Assembly (NCBI GenBank): GCA_048938005.1
Contig: JBHLMQ010000001.1
Span: forward strand, 152,925-216,924
Direction of reading: 5' to 3'
Source of the DNA: Promethearchaeota archaeon
GTDB lineage: Archaea > Asgardarchaeota > Lokiarchaeia > Sigyniarchaeales > SOKP01
Length of the DNA stretch: 64,000 nucleotides
Every line of letters starts with the position of its first letter. Position 1 is the stretch's first letter. The notes under the pieces are model-generated. The model saw only the letters and a program-made list of their open reading frames with translations. It was not told the DNA's origin and ran no database searches. The translations under genes were made by a program, and so were the position numbers. Shown one piece after another: positions 60,228-64,000 of the stretch.

Positions 60228-61064
60228 ATGGCAAATCCTTATTTTGAAGAAAATAATTTCATTTTGTACCATGGAGATGCTTTAGATATACTTAATCAAT
60301 TTGAAAGTAATAAATTTGATTTAATCTATGCTGATCCTCCCTATTTTTTATCAAATGATGGCATTACATGTAAATCGGGCAAGATGGTTTCTGTTAATAA
60401 AGGGGATTGGGATAAATCAAAAGGTTTAGATGAAGATATTAATTTTACTCATTCTTGGTTAAAAGCTTGTAAAAGAGTTTTAAATAAAAATGGTAGTATA
60501 TGGATTTCTGGAACTTTTCACATTATCTATAAAGTTGGTTATCTATTGGAAAAAAATGGTTATGATATAATTAATGATATCGTGATGTATAAACCAAATG
60601 CCCCACCGAATTTATCTTGTAAATATTTTACTCATAGCCATGAAATTGTATTATGGGCTCGCAAATCTAAAGACTCACAACATACGTTTAATTATGAGAA
60701 AATGAAAACATGGAATAATCCTAAAGATAAATTGAAGAATAAGGATAAGCAAATGAGAAGTGTTTGGTCAATTCCTTTAATGTCTAAAGATGAGAAAGAA
60801 TCTGGTAAACATCCAACACAAAAACCATTGGAATTATTAAACAGAATAATTTCATCCTCTTCAAATGAAGGTGACTGGGTATTAGATCCATTTGTAGGAG
60901 CTGGTACAACTGGAATTGTATGTAGTATTTTAAATCGAAAATTTATTGGAATTGACTCGAATAATGAATATTTGGATATAGCTATTAAAAGATTTAAAGA
61001 CAAAAAAAAAGAAGATCTATTATTTTCTCCTGAAACTAAGAACCATTTGATGAAATTTATTTAA
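60228..61064 (+). CDS. Orphan N6-adenine DNA methyltransferase, beta class, DpnA/M.DpnIIB-like
   Basis: ADPPYFLSNDG..CKSGKMVSVNKGDWD, HPTQKP, DPFVGAGTT. Confidence 0.9.
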   Translation: MANPYFEENNFILYHGDALDILNQFESNKFDLIYADPPYFLSNDGITCKSGKMVSVNKGDWDKSKGLDEDINFTHSWLKACKRVLNKNGSIWISGTFHIIYKVGYLLEKNGYDIINDIVMYKPNAPPNLSCKYFTHSHEIVLWARKSKDSQHTFNYEKMKTWNNPKDKLKNKDKQMRSVWSIPLMSKDEKESGKHPTQKPLELLNRIISSSSNEGDWVLDPFVGAGTTGIVCSILNRKFIGIDSNNEYLDIAIKRFKDKKKEDLLFSPETKNHLMKFI

Positions 61065-61182
61065 ATCTTTTAAATTCCGGAATTTCAGGAATAGAATATG
61101 ATAAAAACCTTTATTAGATAAAGCAATTATAATTTTAATTAAACTGATTTTACTGAATAATTGATAATAATTAGGGATTTAA

Positions 61183-63561
61183 ATGCAATTAGAACAACAC
61201 CCTCCTTCATATTATAAAGAACGAGTATTAAAAATGAAATATAGAGTGGTTAAACAACCACACGAAATTTGTATTGAAAGAGCTAAATTAATTACTGATT
61301 CATATAAAAAGACAAAAGGAGAACATCCAGTCATTCGTTTTGCTAAAGCTATGAGCCATTTATTAACAAATATGTCGATTAAAATCTGGAAAGACGAATT
61401 TATTGTAGGAAATCAATGTAGTAAATTTGTTGGAACTCCACTATATCCTGAGATAGGTGTGGATTTTCTAGAACAAGATATGAATACTTTTGAAAAGCGC
61501 TCTGCACAAAAAATGTACATTTCGGACGAAGAAAAACAAGTTTTTATGGAAAAAATAATTCCTTTTTGGAACAACGAGGAAGCTACTTTAAAAAAGCAAT
61601 TCTTAGAAAATTTAGATTCAGAAGTTAAAAATGTAATGAATACAAACGTATTTCTATGTGAAACAGAATTAACTAATGGTATTGGTCATTTTTTCCCAGG
61701 CCATGAAAATATTTTAAAATATGGATTAAATGGTTTAATTAATAAGGCAAAAAACAAGTTGGAAGAATTTTCTAGTGATCCTCCTAAATCATTTTTTTTA
61801 CAGTCTGTTATTATCGTATGTACAGCAGCGAAATCATTTATAAAAAGATTTTCATCTTTAGCGAGAAAAATGGCAGAAAAAGAAATAGATCCTAAAAGAC
61901 ATAACGAACTTATAGAAGTGTCAGAAATTTGCTCAGAAATTTCTGAAAATCCGCCAAAAGACTTTAAGGAAGCCCTCCAATTGATATACTTCAATCATCT
62001 TATATGTGGATTAGAAGATGGTGGATTGGCTATCAGTATTGGGCGTCTTGACCAATTAGTCTATCCATTTTATATGAACGACATAAATACCGGAATTATT
62101 ACTAAGGAAGAAATTCAATTTTTAATTGAATGTTTTTTTCTAAAATTAACAACTTTATGGAACTACGTCTATTATTTTGCAATTAATGCTGCAGAAGGAC
62201 CTCCAATAACAGAGAATGTTACTATTGGGGGTTTAGATCGAAAAGGAAATGATGCTACAAATGATTTGTCATACATTATATTAGATGCGTACACTCATAT
62301 CCAAACAGTTCAACCCACTTTTTCGGTAAGAATTCATCAAAGCACTCCAGAGAATTTTTTACTTAAAATTGCAGAATCTGTTAAATTAGGTACCAGTTTA
62401 GCTTTATTTAATGATGATGTAATGATTAAGGGTCTTGTGAAACGTGGTTTTACACTCGAGGATGCACGAGAGTATGCACCAATCGGATGCGTAGAACCTC
62501 AACACCCAAGTAGATCATTTGGTTCAACAAATGCATGCCAGCTTAATATTGTTAAATGCTTGGAATTAGCTTTAACAAATGGAAGCGATATGTTCTTCAG
62601 AAGAGAAATTGGAATTAAAAATGATAAGGAAATTAAATCATATCAAGATCTCTGGAATTCATTTTTAGAACAGATGAAATTTCTTATAAAAAATATGGTT
62701 TTAACAATGAATACACTTGATAAGACTATCGCTGAAATTAATCCTCAACCCTATTTATCCTCAACTGTTGATAATTGTATTGAACGTGGTTTAGATATAA
62801 CTCAAGGTGGGGCAGTATACAATTTTACAGGTCCCCAGTTAATTGGTTTAGCAACAACTGCAGATAGTCTAGCAGTAATTAAAAAATTAGTTTTTGAGGA
62901 TAACGTATTGCCATTTGAGGAAATGGTGACAATACTCATGAAAAATTATAGAGGAAATTACAAAGGAAAAAAAGGATCTGAGTGGAGAGAACTTTTTATA
63001 AATAAAGTTCCTAAATTTGGGAATGATGATGATTATGTAGATCAAATTGCTGTAGATATTGTCAGAGAATATTGTAATGAAATCTCAAAATATAACAATT
63101 ATCGTGTTGGTAAATTTAATCCTGGAGTATATTCAACTTCTTTTCATATAGCATTTGGAACTTTTACAGCTGCTTCAGCGGACGGACGAAAATCTAGAGA
63201 TCCACTTTCGAATGGTGTAGGGCCCACTCATGGCAGAGATAAAAATGGTCCAACTGCTATTCTCAATTCGGTAAGAAAGTTAAATACTGAGCTTATTACT
63301 AATGGAACTTCATTAATTTTAGATTTTCACCCAAATACTCTTAAAGAAGATATTTTTATTCCCCTGATTAAATCGTTTTTTGAACCTAATGGAGGATATC
63401 ATATCCAATTTAATGTTGTTGGTAAAGATACGTTATGTAAGGCTCAACAAAATCCTCAAGATTATCTGGGCTTAGTTGTAAGGATTGCGGGATATTCAGT
63501 TTTATTTACAGAGCTCACAGAAGCCGCGCAGAATGATATAATCGCGAGAACTCAATATTAA
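61183..63561 (+). CDS. Glycyl radical enzyme (PFL2/eliminase-like)
   Basis: GRLDQ, GCVEP (single Cys), PKFGNDD, HIQFNV, VRIAGYS. Confidence 0.92.
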   Translation: MQLEQHPPSYYKERVLKMKYRVVKQPHEICIERAKLITDSYKKTKGEHPVIRFAKAMSHLLTNMSIKIWKDEFIVGNQCSKFVGTPLYPEIGVDFLEQDMNTFEKRSAQKMYISDEEKQVFMEKIIPFWNNEEATLKKQFLENLDSEVKNVMNTNVFLCETELTNGIGHFFPGHENILKYGLNGLINKAKNKLEEFSSDPPKSFFLQSVIIVCTAAKSFIKRFSSLARKMAEKEIDPKRHNELIEVSEICSEISENPPKDFKEALQLIYFNHLICGLEDGGLAISIGRLDQLVYPFYMNDINTGIITKEEIQFLIECFFLKLTTLWNYVYYFAINAAEGPPITENVTIGGLDRKGNDATNDLSYIILDAYTHIQTVQPTFSVRIHQSTPENFLLKIAESVKLGTSLALFNDDVMIKGLVKRGFTLEDAREYAPIGCVEPQHPSRSFGSTNACQLNIVKCLELALTNGSDMFFRREIGIKNDKEIKSYQDLWNSFLEQMKFLIKNMVLTMNTLDKTIAEINPQPYLSSTVDNCIERGLDITQGGAVYNFTGPQLIGLATTADSLAVIKKLVFEDNVLPFEEMVTILMKNYRGNYKGKKGSEWRELFINKVPKFGNDDDYVDQIAVDIVREYCNEISKYNNYRVGKFNPGVYSTSFHIAFGTFTAASADGRKSRDPLSNGVGPTHGRDKNGPTAILNSVRKLNTELITNGTSLILDFHPNTLKEDIFIPLIKSFFEPNGGYHIQFNVVGKDTLCKAQQNPQDYLGLVVRIAGYSVLFTELTEAAQNDIIARTQY

Positions 63562-63671
63562 TTCTTAATAATTTATCGAATCTCAATAATTTCTTTCTAT
63601 AATGATATCCTAAAACAAAAAAAATTATTAGAGATATTTATTTTTATAAATTATTAGTAATATTAGAAAAA

Positions 63672-63743
63672 GGGCCTGTAGATCAGTGGAAGATCGCTTG
63701 ATTCGCATTCAAGAGGTCACGGGTTCAATTCCCGTCAGGTCCA
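63672..63743 (+). tRNA. tRNA-Ala(CGC), intronless, CCA not encoded
   Basis: GGGCCTG/CAGGTCC acceptor stem with G3:U70; CTTGA-TTCGCAT-TCAAG anticodon arm; GGTTCAATTCC T-loop. Confidence 0.95.
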
Positions 63744-63827
63744 TTTAAAAGAAAATAACCGTATTTAGGCTCATATTCATTCAGAGCATCAATCTTAAAT
63801 TAAAAATTTCATTAAATTTGATTTAAT

Positions 63828-64000
63828 ATGATAGATTTTAACAATTTATCAAAAGTACATGATCCTCAGAAAATCGAAAAAGGTATATATGAATGGTGGG
63901 AATCGCAAGAGTATTTTCGCCCCGAAAAACAACGTGAATTAGGTTTAGTGGAAGAAAACGGACCTCGTTTTTGTATTACGCTTCCTCCTCCGAATGTAAC
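63828..64000 (+). CDS. valS: Valyl-tRNA synthetase, N-terminal fragment (runs off the window end)
   Basis: Manual translation MIDFNNLSKVHDPQKIEKGIYEWWESQEYFRPE...RFCITLPPPNV. Confidence 0.85.
   Translation, partial: MIDFNNLSKVHDPQKIEKGIYEWWESQEYFRPEKQRELGLVEENGPRFCITLPPPNV

Noticed and set aside
719-61994. Numerous 60-170-aa ORFs antisense to or nested in long genes
   Set aside because: These are shadow ORFs of well-supported genes and have no recognisable motifs.
63562-63830. Integrated element at tRNA-Ala
   Set aside because: No integrase and no duplicated tRNA 3' end were noticed in the window.

Overview
AT-rich, gene-dense archaeal chromosome segment. The gene content points to an Asgard archaeon, most likely Lokiarchaeia (inference). 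The supporting genes are ribophorin I, a eukaryote-like Sec61beta, roadblock, longin-like and TRAPP/V4R proteins, a Rab-like GTPase, MCM, GINS23, Topo VI A/B and CofD/E. Housekeeping genes include map, tpiA, leuS, valS (partial), pyrE, coaBC and endoQ. There are two tRNAs: Ala-CGC, and Gln-TTG interrupted by two non-canonical 30-nt introns. A lipoate (LipS2-ligase-LipS1) plus F420 (CofE-nitroreductase, CofD) operon is present. Two different MoxR-type AAA+ systems stand out. The first is a seven-gene envelope cluster with DUF58, three DUF4129-like domains and a large transglutaminase-like protein lacking its catalytic Cys and His. The second is a coupled AAA-VWA-SWIM operon whose VWA protein begins with a stand-alone AAA+ lid-like domain and whose ATPase has an NE Walker B; it is flanked by EndoQ and an orphan adenine methyltransferase. 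This operon is my best candidate for an undescribed system. No CRISPR array, rRNA, IS element or intein was seen. All family assignments come from motif recognition by eye, not from database searches.
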